Position numbers and translations under genes: made by a program | The notes under the pieces: generated by a model | Seen by the model: the letters and a program-made list of their open reading frames with translations, nothing else | Databases searched by the model: none | Told to the model about the DNA's origin: nothing | Assembly (NCBI GenBank): GCA_964467155.1 | Contig: CAYXNZ010000005.1 | Coordinates: forward strand, 2,059 to 66,058 | Direction: 5' to 3' | Length of the DNA: 64,000 bases | Source: an uncultured Gammaproteobacteria bacterium | GTDB lineage: Bacteria; Patescibacteriota; Patescibacteriia; Patescibacteriales; GWC2-42-12 | Shown here: positions 9,808-17,857 of the stretch, piece after piece | Layout of the letters: each line of letters starts with the position of its first letter | Position numbering within the stretch: position 1 is the first letter of the stretch

Positions 9808-10740
9808 TTATCTTAACTGCCAAATTTGCTTGTCTAATATATTTTTTTGTTCTTCGGTGATCAAATAGATATTATCGCTATCAGCACGTTTAGCATAATA
9901 AAATCCGCTATCATTTTTATTGCCAATCATAATCGTATTACTAAAGTCATCACCAGATACTTCAATAATAATCAAATGTTTCTCTAATCCAGTTTTCTCA
10001 AAATCCTGTTCTGGAATCATTATTGAATATAAACTTGATATCATATTAGTTGTTTCTCTTATTTTTTCTTCTGAGACTGTAAAGTCATACGGCAAAACTC
10101 CTGTCCAAATTTCATTTTGTTTTTCGATAGTAAATTCACGATTTGGATACTGAAATCTTATTTTATTAATTTTATCCTGATCAAAAGAAAAAATCATTAA
10201 ATCACGCCAATCAGTTCGAGCAAATATATTTTTTAATAATACTTTCACGGAACAAACTTTTTCTGAATCAGTTAAACTTAAATAGTTAGAAGAATAATCA
10301 CTACTAATTTTTCCTACAAAAAAACTACTGAGTAAATCATCGTCAAAATACACTTTTAATTCAATTGTTTCTTTATCTAAGCCAAACTCTGATTGACGAT
10401 CCTTGTCTTTGCTTACTAAATCAAAATTGTTTTCTTTTATCTGAGTTAATTTATTTAATAGTTCCTTCACTCTTATCTGGTCAGCATAAAAATCTTTTGT
10501 ATTATCAATTTTCCATTTAGTAATAATATCACCATTGACTGCTTTATCTTGTTTTAATAAAACGGTAACCTTATTATCTTGTTTGATTTCTATTTTATTA
10601 ATTTGATTAATATCTACTTCTGATAAAAAATTATCTGAACTGAAAATATCTGAATACCATTTATTAATCGGCAATTTATAAATTAACGCTACTACTAACA
10701 AAATTATTAAAACTAAAAACAGTCGAAATGTTTTACTCAT
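9808..10740 (-). CDS. Membrane-anchored DUF4340-like protein
   Basis: 310-aa ORF with an N-terminal TM. The pattern INKIEIKQDNKVTVLLKQ...WKIDNTKDFYADQIRVKELLNKL resembles DUF4340 repeats (by eye). Confidence 0.5.
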   Translation of the reverse strand: MSKTFRLFLVLIILLVVALIYKLPINKWYSDIFSSDNFLSEVDINQINKIEIKQDNKVTVLLKQDKAVNGDIITKWKIDNTKDFYADQIRVKELLNKLTQIKENNFDLVSKDKDRQSEFGLDKETIELKVYFDDDLLSSFFVGKISSDYSSNYLSLTDSEKVCSVKVLLKNIFARTDWRDLMIFSFDQDKINKIRFQYPNREFTIEKQNEIWTGVLPYDFTVSEEKIRETTNMISSLYSIMIPEQDFEKTGLEKHLIIIEVSGDDFSNTIMIGNKNDSGFYYAKRADSDNIYLITEEQKNILDKQIWQLR

Positions 10741-10744
10741 AATT

Positions 10745-11011
10745 TTATTTATCTAAATTTTCCTTGATAGTTTTTACTAATTCTTCTTTATTTTGAAGAC
10801 CAACTAAACGTAATATTTCTTTATCCTCTTTATCTAAAAAGATAAAGGTTGGAATACCTTCAACATTATATTTTTCCATAGTTTCTTTACTGTCATCAGC
10901 TTCATGAAATTCAGTTTTTAATTTAGGCATTTCTTGCTCAATTTCTATGAACATAGGTTTCATAATAGCACACTCCTTACACCACGTAGCTCCAAATTTT
11001 AAAATTTTCAT
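10745..11011 (-). CDS. Thioredoxin-fold protein
   Basis: 88 aa with a WCKEC (WCxxC) active-site motif at the usual position and thioredoxin-like spacing (..GIPTFIF..). Confidence 0.75.
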   Translation of the reverse strand: MKILKFGATWCKECAIMKPMFIEIEQEMPKLKTEFHEADDSKETMEKYNVEGIPTFIFLDKEDKEILRLVGLQNKEELVKTIKENLDK

Positions 11012-11136
11012 AGATTTTAAAAAATTAATTTATTAATATTATTATTCAAATATAAATTACAGCAATTGAGCAAAAATAGTCATAAAAAAATTCGCAAAAT
11101 AATACGAATTCTTTTATTTAAATATGAGACTAATTA

Positions 11137-12261
11137 CTATTCTTTAAATTCATCCAATGTTACCACTCTAATTATTACCTTATCACCTCGTCTGATTTTT
11201 AAACCGATTTTGTCGCCTGGTTTGTATTTTTGTATTACGGATAATAGAGTATTTTTACCTTCTATTTTTATCGCGTTAATTTCCATCACAATATCTCCTT
11301 CTTCTATACCACCTTTTTGTGCTGGAGAATCAGACAACACCGCTGGTAAATCTAATCTATCACCACGACTTATCCAAGCGCCAATATTGATCGGCAAATC
11401 ATAATCTAGAGCAATTTGTGGAGTTAGCATAAAATAACGAATACCGAGACGAGTTCTAACTATTCGTCCAATTTCTTTTACACTATTAATTACCGGACGA
11501 GCATCATTGATTGGGATAGCAAAACCGATTGACGAACCAGCTTCATCGATGGCTACGTTAATACCAACTATTTTACCTTCAAGATTAATTAATGGTCCAC
11601 CAGAATTACCAAGATTAATTTCTGCATCAGTTTGGATGACGTTATCAAAAGATTCAGCATAGCCTGACTGGTCTGAAGCGACCAACTTTCTGCCTAAACC
11701 ACTAACAATACCCTTGGTTACGCTATTTTGATATCGACCCAAAGCGTTACCTATCGTCATAACCGTTGATCCAAGCTCTAAATTGTCGCTATTACCTAGC
11801 TCAACATAAGGCAAATCTTTATCAAATATTTTCAAAATTGCTAAATCATTTAGCGGGTCTTTACCGATTAATTGAGCATAATATTGTTTTCCAGAATTTA
11901 ACAAGATCCTGTATTCAGCAGTTTTTTCTTGCCCAGCGCTAACTACGTGTTTATTGGTTAGTATTAACCCATCAGAAGAAATAATAAAACCGGTTCCCCT
12001 GCCCTTCTCAATTTTTTTATCTTGGCTTATTTGCTGTCCAGTTGATAAATTAATTGTAAAATGTTCTTGTTGATCATAAACAATAATACTAACTACTGAT
12101 GGTATTACTTTTTTTATTGCTCTGATTGTTGCTTCCTGATCGTCTAGACTCAAATCATCAGCCACTACAGTATTTATTGTTGAATAATAAAAACCGAATA
12201 CGCCCAAACCAACACTTAAACCTATAACAAAAATTAAACTAATAAATATAATTTTCTTCAT
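11137..12261 (-). CDS. htrA: HtrA/DegP-family serine protease with PDZ domain
   Basis: Catalytic triad contexts TNKHVV, DLAILKI and GNSGGPL, with a C-terminal PDZ-like region. The start is moved to the ATG at 12261 (MKKIIFISL signal/anchor), which removes the overlap with the upstream stop at 12266. Confidence 0.85.
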   Translation of the reverse strand: MKKIIFISLIFVIGLSVGLGVFGFYYSTINTVVADDLSLDDQEATIRAIKKVIPSVVSIIVYDQQEHFTINLSTGQQISQDKKIEKGRGTGFIISSDGLILTNKHVVSAGQEKTAEYRILLNSGKQYYAQLIGKDPLNDLAILKIFDKDLPYVELGNSDNLELGSTVMTIGNALGRYQNSVTKGIVSGLGRKLVASDQSGYAESFDNVIQTDAEINLGNSGGPLINLEGKIVGINVAIDEAGSSIGFAIPINDARPVINSVKEIGRIVRTRLGIRYFMLTPQIALDYDLPINIGAWISRGDRLDLPAVLSDSPAQKGGIEEGDIVMEINAIKIEGKNTLLSVIQKYKPGDKIGLKIRRGDKVIIRVVTLDEFKE

Positions 12262-12265
12262 ATTT

Positions 12266-12874
12266 TTATTTATCATCATCCTCGTCAAAAGGACCAAATA
12301 TATCTACTCTTTTTTTAATTTGCTCGATTTTTCTTTGTTCATCCTCTGAAATACTGAGGTGTTTTTTTACTTTTTCTTCTTCTTCTTTTTTTCCTTCAAT
12401 ACCTAGTTGCACTCTTAATATACGTATAATTTCACTATCCACTATTATATTTTTCCTTGCCAATATATAAATAATTTTTAAAGTTTCTAAGGCCTGCTGA
12501 TGACATTTTATTTCGTTCAACGTCTGTCCACTTACAGGAAATTCATCACCGTCATTTTTCTCTTCTTTGAATCGAGTTTTACATACTGACTGTATGAAAC
12601 TAAATAAACCTAGTAATATTTTATTTTTATTACCGTCCAATTGTTCAATTTCATTTTTATTTTTTTCATCATCTATTATCTCTTCTATTGTTTTTTCCAA
12701 TTCATTATCACCTTCTTTGATCCAATCCATTTCTTTCTGATTAATCTTTAATTCAGTCAATCCACTTTCACTATTTATTGATTCTATCAAATCTATTTGT
12801 TTACATTCTGTCGATGTCTTTAGCCCCTTAATTTCTAATTGATTTTTTTTAGATAGACATTCATTATTATTCAT
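12266..12874 (-). CDS. Hypothetical acidic coiled-coil protein
   Basis: 202-aa ORF in an operon with htrA. It is E/K-rich and has no recognisable motif. Confidence 0.5.
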   Translation of the reverse strand: MNNNECLSKKNQLEIKGLKTSTECKQIDLIESINSESGLTELKINQKEMDWIKEGDNELEKTIEEIIDDEKNKNEIEQLDGNKNKILLGLFSFIQSVCKTRFKEEKNDGDEFPVSGQTLNEIKCHQQALETLKIIYILARKNIIVDSEIIRILRVQLGIEGKKEEEEKVKKHLSISEDEQRKIEQIKKRVDIFGPFDEDDDK

Positions 12875-12934
12875 ATAATTTTGTTTAATTATAAGATAAT
12901 GACATTATATCACTATAAACAAAAAAATAAAATT

Positions 12935-12963
12935 TTGACAAATACTTAATAATATCTTAATAT
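12935..12963 (+). promoter_or_regulatory. Sigma-70-type promoter upstream of tRNA-Gln
   Basis: TTGACA (12935-12940), a 17-nt spacer, then TAATAT (12958-12963). Confidence 0.55.
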
Positions 12964-13002
12964 ATTTACATCCGCCAGAAATGGTGGTTTTAAATTGATT
13001 AT

Positions 13003-13048
13003 TCGGGGGTCGTTCCGCCTATATTGGCGGAGACAGCTGGTTCCCCTG
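13003..13048 (+). pseudogene. Pseudo 5' half of tRNA-Gln with the D-loop replaced by a GC hairpin
   Basis: TCGGGGGTCGT (identical to the tRNA-Gln 5' end), then the hairpin TCCGCC-tatatt-GGCGGA (13014-13031), then GACAGCTGGTT (identical to the D-stem 3' strand plus anticodon stem), then CCCCTG. Confidence 0.7.
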
Positions 13049-13064
13049 TTTAGTGAAAAAATAT

Positions 13065-13135
13065 TCGGGGGTCGTCTAACGGTAGGACAGCTGGTTTTGG
13101 TCCAGTCAATCGGGGTTCGATTCCCTGCCCCCGAG
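13065..13135 (+). tRNA. tRNA-Gln (anticodon UUG)
   Basis: Manual cloverleaf: acceptor TCGGGGG/CCCCCGA (U1:A72, G73), anticodon stem GCTGG/CCAGT with loop TTTTGGT, T-arm CGGGG-TTCGATT-CCCTG. CCA is not encoded. Confidence 0.85.
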
Positions 13136-13183
13136 CAGATTTTTTAAAAAAAATATCGTTATTTTAAATTTAATATAAATACT

Positions 13184-13717
13184 ATGCAGGAACTTATACT
13201 TAATTTTATAAAACAAAATATAACAGATGCTATCTGGATTATTATTTTATTCTTTTTTAGCAGAATAGTTTTAAAGATTATAGTTATGCGGTTTGCGAAG
13301 ATAGTCGATGACGGAGACGATGATTATGAATCACAAAAAGAAAAACGGGCAAAAACTCTAAGTCATATCATCATAACAACCGGGAATATTATTATTTACG
13401 CTATAATTTTAATTATGATTTTAAGTGTATTTGGAGTAGATATTCGACCTATTCTGGCCGGGGCAGGTGTTGTTGGATTGGCAATCGGTTTTGGCGCGCA
13501 ATCATTAGTCAAGGATTTTGTTTCAGGACTTTTTATTTTAGTTGAAAATCAATATGGAATAGGTGATAAGATAAAAATAGGTAGTTTTGAGGGGGTTGTT
13601 ATTAGAATTACGATGCGTTCCACAGTATTAAAAAATAAAGAAGGAATGTTATATTATATTTCTAACGGATTGATAAAGGATGTGCTTAATATGTCTCAAC
13701 AAAAAAAATCTTTATAA
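13184..13717 (+). CDS. Small-conductance mechanosensitive channel (MscS)-like protein, short form
   Basis: 177 aa. The pore helix and start of the beta domain (GLAIGFGAQSLVKDFVSGLFILVENQYGIGDKIKIGSFEGVV) are paralogous to 36878-37732. It ends before the C-terminal alpha/beta domain. Confidence 0.65.
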   Translation: MQELILNFIKQNITDAIWIIILFFFSRIVLKIIVMRFAKIVDDGDDDYESQKEKRAKTLSHIIITTGNIIIYAIILIMILSVFGVDIRPILAGAGVVGLAIGFGAQSLVKDFVSGLFILVENQYGIGDKIKIGSFEGVVIRITMRSTVLKNKEGMLYYISNGLIKDVLNMSQQKKSL

Positions 13718-13729
13718 TATATTAATTTT

Positions 13730-13759
13730 GGTTCGAACATCGTCCACGACCCCGAGCAG
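13730..13759 (+). repeat. tRNA-Gln 3'-end-like direct repeat, copy 1 (att-like)
   Basis: GGTTCGAAcatcgtccacgaCCCCGAGCAG mimics the T-loop and acceptor 3' end of tRNA-Gln (GGTTCGATTCCCTGCCCCCGAGCAG), with a TCGT-cc-ACGA mini-palindrome. The core aacatcgtccacgaccccgagc (13736-13757) recurs at 19332 and 19704. Confidence 0.7.
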
Positions 13760-13763
13760 TTTT

Positions 13764-13792
13764 AAATAGCCCTGAAATAGGGGCTATTTTTG
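13764..13792 (+). terminator. Rho-independent terminator
   Basis: aaatagccc-tgaaata-ggggctattttt. Confidence 0.55.
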
Positions 13793-13927
13793 ATACCTTG
13801 GTAGGGTTTAGAACTTTTAGTTAAGGTAATTTTAGAGTATAATAAATTAATGAACGACGCTGTTGCATTAGATTCTAGAAACTGAGTAATATATAAAAGC
13901 GAAATTTATAATAATCCTTTTAAATTT

Positions 13928-14317
13928 ATGATTGGTTTAAAAAAAATAGACAAGCGCGGCGAAGCTATTCCCGGACTGTTAACGCTCCAAGTGGAAAGAC
14001 CATGGGGCTATTTTAGGCAATTTTGCGAGAACTCACCGGTAACCGTTAAGCTTATTGTTGTTAAACCCAATAAAATTCTGAGTTTACAAAGCCATGCTAA
14101 ACGTTCAGAATTTTGGCGCGTGCTAGAGGGTAGCGGACAAGCGGAGATAGACGGAAAAATGCAATCTCTAAAGATTGAAGACGAATTAATTGTTCCCGTT
14201 AAGGCTAAGCACCGTCTAAGAGCCGGAATTAATGGCTTAGAAGTTTTAGAAATATCATTTGGAGAATTTACCGAGAACGATATTATTCGCTATGAAGATA
14301 AGTATGGACGAATTTAA
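13928..14317 (+). CDS. Cupin-domain protein (mannose-6-phosphate isomerase type II C-terminal-like)
   Basis: 129 aa. ERPWGYF...LSLQSHAKRSEFWRVLEGSG...H is the cupin motif pattern seen in type II PMI cupin domains. Confidence 0.7.
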   Translation: MIGLKKIDKRGEAIPGLLTLQVERPWGYFRQFCENSPVTVKLIVVKPNKILSLQSHAKRSEFWRVLEGSGQAEIDGKMQSLKIEDELIVPVKAKHRLRAGINGLEVLEISFGEFTENDIIRYEDKYGRI

Positions 14318-14322
14318 TTTTT

Positions 14323-17300
14323 ATGTTTAAACTTAAACGCTATGAAGCCGGACCGATTCTTCGCCCCGATGATAAATTAATTTGGGAACGGGGCGGCGTT
14401 TTTAATCCCGGCATAACTAAAATCGGAGATAAAGTATATATGCTTTATCGCGCCGTCGGGGAAGATGGAACTTATGTTTCTCGCTTGGGCTTAGCCACCA
14501 GTCGGGATGGCGTTAATTTTACGCGCGTTTCTCAGGAACCAGTCTTCGGGCCGAAAGAATTTTTTGATAAATGGGCAACAGAAGATCCGCGCATTACAAA
14601 AATCGCTAATGATTACTACGTTACTTATGTGGCGGTGGCGCAACGTATTATGAATAACAGCCAACCGATAAATCGCTTCTTGCCGCTTGAAACTTCGACC
14701 GCTCTGCTAGAAACTCATGATTTTTTGACCTATGAAAATTTAGGAGTCATTTCTCCGCCTAATTCAGATAATAAAGATATTGTTTTGTACCCGCGTAAAA
14801 TCAAAGGGCGCTATTATATGCTCCATCGCCCAAATCGCTGGTCCCAGGAATGGTTTAAGGGGCCATACGAAAAATATGTCAATGAAGGCTTACCTTGCAA
14901 TGTTAAAGATTTGCCGGCTAAGCCCAGTATTTGGATTTCCTCATCAGAAGATCTTAGTAATTGGGTAGATCATCGTTTATTAATAAGCCCAGCGCATCCC
15001 ACTGACGCTAAAATTGGGCCGGGTTTGCCGCCATTGGAAACGCCGGACGGCTGGCTGATTATTTATCATCATGTAGAAAAGGGAGCGGAAACAAATAAAC
15101 CGATCTATTCTATAAGAGCGGCTTTGTTTGATCGCAAAGACCCTACTCGCCTCATCGCCGAGCTGCCTTATGATATTTTATCTCCGGAAATGCCGTACGA
15201 AACAGAAAATTGTTCCGGTATTATTTTTCCAACCGGCGGATTTATAGCCGGAGATAATCTTTATGTTTATTATGGAGCATCTGATCGCTATGTTTGTTTG
15301 GCCACCGGGTCGCTATCTGAACTTTTATCAGAACTTAAAAAAGAGGCCGTTAAAAAAACGTCTTTAAAAAATATCAAACAATTAAGCAATAAAATGTGGG
15401 TTGTTTTTTTAGCAACATATCCGCCCCGGGAATGTGGCATTGCCACTTTTACCTCGGATTTGATTAAAAATTTTGATTCTCTTTTTGCGCCTCGCGAGGA
15501 GACAAAAGTAGTGGCGATGAATACGAATTTTTTACAGACTTATAACTATCCTAAAAAAGTTATTTTTCAAATTTCGGAAAATAAGCCAGCCGACTATTTG
15601 GTGGCCGCCAAAAAATTAAATGAATTGACCGAAGTTAAACTCGTCTCTATTCAGCATGAATTCGGGATTTTTGGAACTAATTATGGCGAAAATCTCTTAA
15701 TTTTTTTGGCTGAATTAAAAAAGCCGGTAGCGGTTACTTTTCATTCTGTTTTGCCGCAACCGACTGTAGAGATGAAGCAAGTGGTGCAAAAAATAATCAA
15801 GCGCGCTGATCGTCTAATCGTTATGACCAATCAATCTAAGAATATACTGGAAAAAGTTTATGCGGCGCCAAATGAAAAAATAAAAATTATTCCGCACGGA
15901 ATCCATCCCTTACCTTATGCCGATGTTAAGGTTGCTAAATTAGCCCTAGGTTTTGCTGATAAAAAAGTGCTATCAACTTTTGGCCTGTTAAGCCGAAACA
16001 AGGGAATTGAAAATGCTATTGCCGCTCTTCCGCCAATAATTGCCGCCTGTCCGAATGTTGTTTATTTGGTAATCGGAGCAACTCATCCGGTAGTGTTACG
16101 CCGAAAAGGGGAAACTTATCGTAATCAATTGATTGCCCAAACTCTAAAACTAGGCGTTCAGGATCATGTTATTTTTTATAACGAATATTTAGAAACCAGT
16201 GAGTTATTAAAATTTCTTCAGGCGACTGATATTTATTTATCACTTTCGCAAAATCCGGATCAGGCCGTGTCAGGAACTTTAACCTATGCTTTAGGCGCGG
16301 GCCGTCCGGTAATTTCTACTTCTTTCGGCCAAGCCAAAGAAATGATAACGCCGGAAGTAGGCGTGTTGGTAGATTTTCAAGATAGCGCCGGTATCGCGCG
16401 AGAAACGATCGCTTTACTTAGTGATTCTGATCGCTGGGCAACTATGAGTCGAGCGGCATATTTTAGAACTCGGGGCATGGCTTGGCCGAATGTCGCCCTT
16501 TCCTATATGCGTGAATTTATAGAGATATCTCCGGAATTGGCGAAAAAAGAAAAAAATCTGCCGGCCATTAAATTAACTCATCTTTCCCATCTCACGGATG
16601 ATTTTGGTATTTATCAATTCGCGATTTTAGATAAACCGGACCCGCAGTGGGGTTATACGCTTGATGATAACGCCCGCGCTTTAATTGTTATTTGTCGGTA
16701 TTATCAAATTTATAGTGGTATTACCGCTAAACGTTTAGCTGATATTTATTTAAATTTTTTAGAACGAGCGGCGCAAAGCTCTGGAGGATTTTTCAATTAT
16801 TTTACAGCTGACTATCAAGCGGACCATTCTCGTAATCAGGACGAAAATTTAGAAGATTCCGAAGCGAGAGCATTGTTTGCCTTAGCAACCGCTTCCGCCA
16901 GTAAACTACCGGATGAGTTAAAAAAACGGGCGACAGACTTATTGAATAAACAGTGGGACAAATATAGCCAAGTACTTTCTCCCCGCGCCGTCGCTTTTCA
17001 CATTAAAGCCCTGGTGGCTTGGCAAGAAGTTGCGACTAATAAAAAAATAGTTGAGCAACTAACTCATTACGCTGACTTTCTTTTAACCTTATTTAATAGT
17101 AATTCTACTAATGATTGGCAATGGTTTGAACAGTCTTTGACTTACTCTAACGCTATCCTACCAGAAGCTTTGTTATTGGCATTTAAGGTTACCGGCAAAC
17201 AGGCTTATTTTACGGCCGGACAAGCCGCTTTAAATTTTTTAATTAGCCAATCTTTTCAAGAAGATGTTTGTGTGCCGATTGGACAAAACGGCTGGTACAA

Positions 17301-17583
17301 ACGGGGTGGGGAAAAAGAAATTTACGATCAACAGCCCGAAGAAGTGTCAGCCTTAGTGCAAACGCTGAAAACAATACATAAACTTACCGGCGATATATTT
17401 TATTTACAAAAAATGACCCAAGCCTTTAATTGGTTTTTAGGCAACAATCTACTTAATCAAGTTGTTTATTCTCAAGCCACCGGTGGCTGCTATGACGGGT
17501 TAGGAGAACAACAAATTAATCTCAATCAAGGGGCGGAATCAACAATTTCCTATCTTTTAGCCAGATTGGCAGTTAATTCTTAA
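14323..17583 (+). CDS. Three-domain fusion: GH130-like glycoside phosphorylase + GT4 glycosyltransferase + C-terminal domain of unknown function
   Basis: 1086 aa. The N-terminal part (..GGVFNPG..MLYRAVGEDG..SRLGLATSRDGVNF..EDPRITK) looks like GH130/DUF377. The middle part (MWVVFLATYPPRECGIATFTSDL ... GTLTYALGAGRPVISTSFGQAKEMI) looks like GT4. The last ~350 aa are unassigned. GC content is visibly higher than in the flanks. Confidence 0.75.
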   Translation: MFKLKRYEAGPILRPDDKLIWERGGVFNPGITKIGDKVYMLYRAVGEDGTYVSRLGLATSRDGVNFTRVSQEPVFGPKEFFDKWATEDPRITKIANDYYVTYVAVAQRIMNNSQPINRFLPLETSTALLETHDFLTYENLGVISPPNSDNKDIVLYPRKIKGRYYMLHRPNRWSQEWFKGPYEKYVNEGLPCNVKDLPAKPSIWISSSEDLSNWVDHRLLISPAHPTDAKIGPGLPPLETPDGWLIIYHHVEKGAETNKPIYSIRAALFDRKDPTRLIAELPYDILSPEMPYETENCSGIIFPTGGFIAGDNLYVYYGASDRYVCLATGSLSELLSELKKEAVKKTSLKNIKQLSNKMWVVFLATYPPRECGIATFTSDLIKNFDSLFAPREETKVVAMNTNFLQTYNYPKKVIFQISENKPADYLVAAKKLNELTEVKLVSIQHEFGIFGTNYGENLLIFLAELKKPVAVTFHSVLPQPTVEMKQVVQKIIKRADRLIVMTNQSKNILEKVYAAPNEKIKIIPHGIHPLPYADVKVAKLALGFADKKVLSTFGLLSRNKGIENAIAALPPIIAACPNVVYLVIGATHPVVLRRKGETYRNQLIAQTLKLGVQDHVIFYNEYLETSELLKFLQATDIYLSLSQNPDQAVSGTLTYALGAGRPVISTSFGQAKEMITPEVGVLVDFQDSAGIARETIALLSDSDRWATMSRAAYFRTRGMAWPNVALSYMREFIEISPELAKKEKNLPAIKLTHLSHLTDDFGIYQFAILDKPDPQWGYTLDDNARALIVICRYYQIYSGITAKRLADIYLNFLERAAQSSGGFFNYFTADYQADHSRNQDENLEDSEARALFALATASASKLPDELKKRATDLLNKQWDKYSQVLSPRAVAFHIKALVAWQEVATNKKIVEQLTHYADFLLTLFNSNSTNDWQWFEQSLTYSNAILPEALLLAFKVTGKQAYFTAGQAALNFLISQSFQEDVCVPIGQNGWYKRGGEKEIYDQQPEEVSALVQTLKTIHKLTGDIFYLQKMTQAFNWFLGNNLLNQVVYSQATGGCYDGLGEQQINLNQGAESTISYLLARLAVNS

Positions 17584-17857
17584 CTTTATAAAAATAAATC
17601 GCATTATTTTTTATCTCTGATTGTTTTATTAGTTTTATCTCTGCTTTTTCGTTTTCTGAGTGCCGTTTTCTAATCAATAGCTTCGCAACATCTGATTAGG
17701 AGTTTGAAGCCCCAAACTAAGGTGGAGTCTTAATTTTCTTCATAATTAGCCATTCGAGTTCGAAAGCAGTCCCTCTAGGAGAGCAGAGTAGAATGAGTAT
17801 GAAGAAAATCAATAAAAAAATAAAAAATATGCTATTTATTATTTATATATTTTAGTA

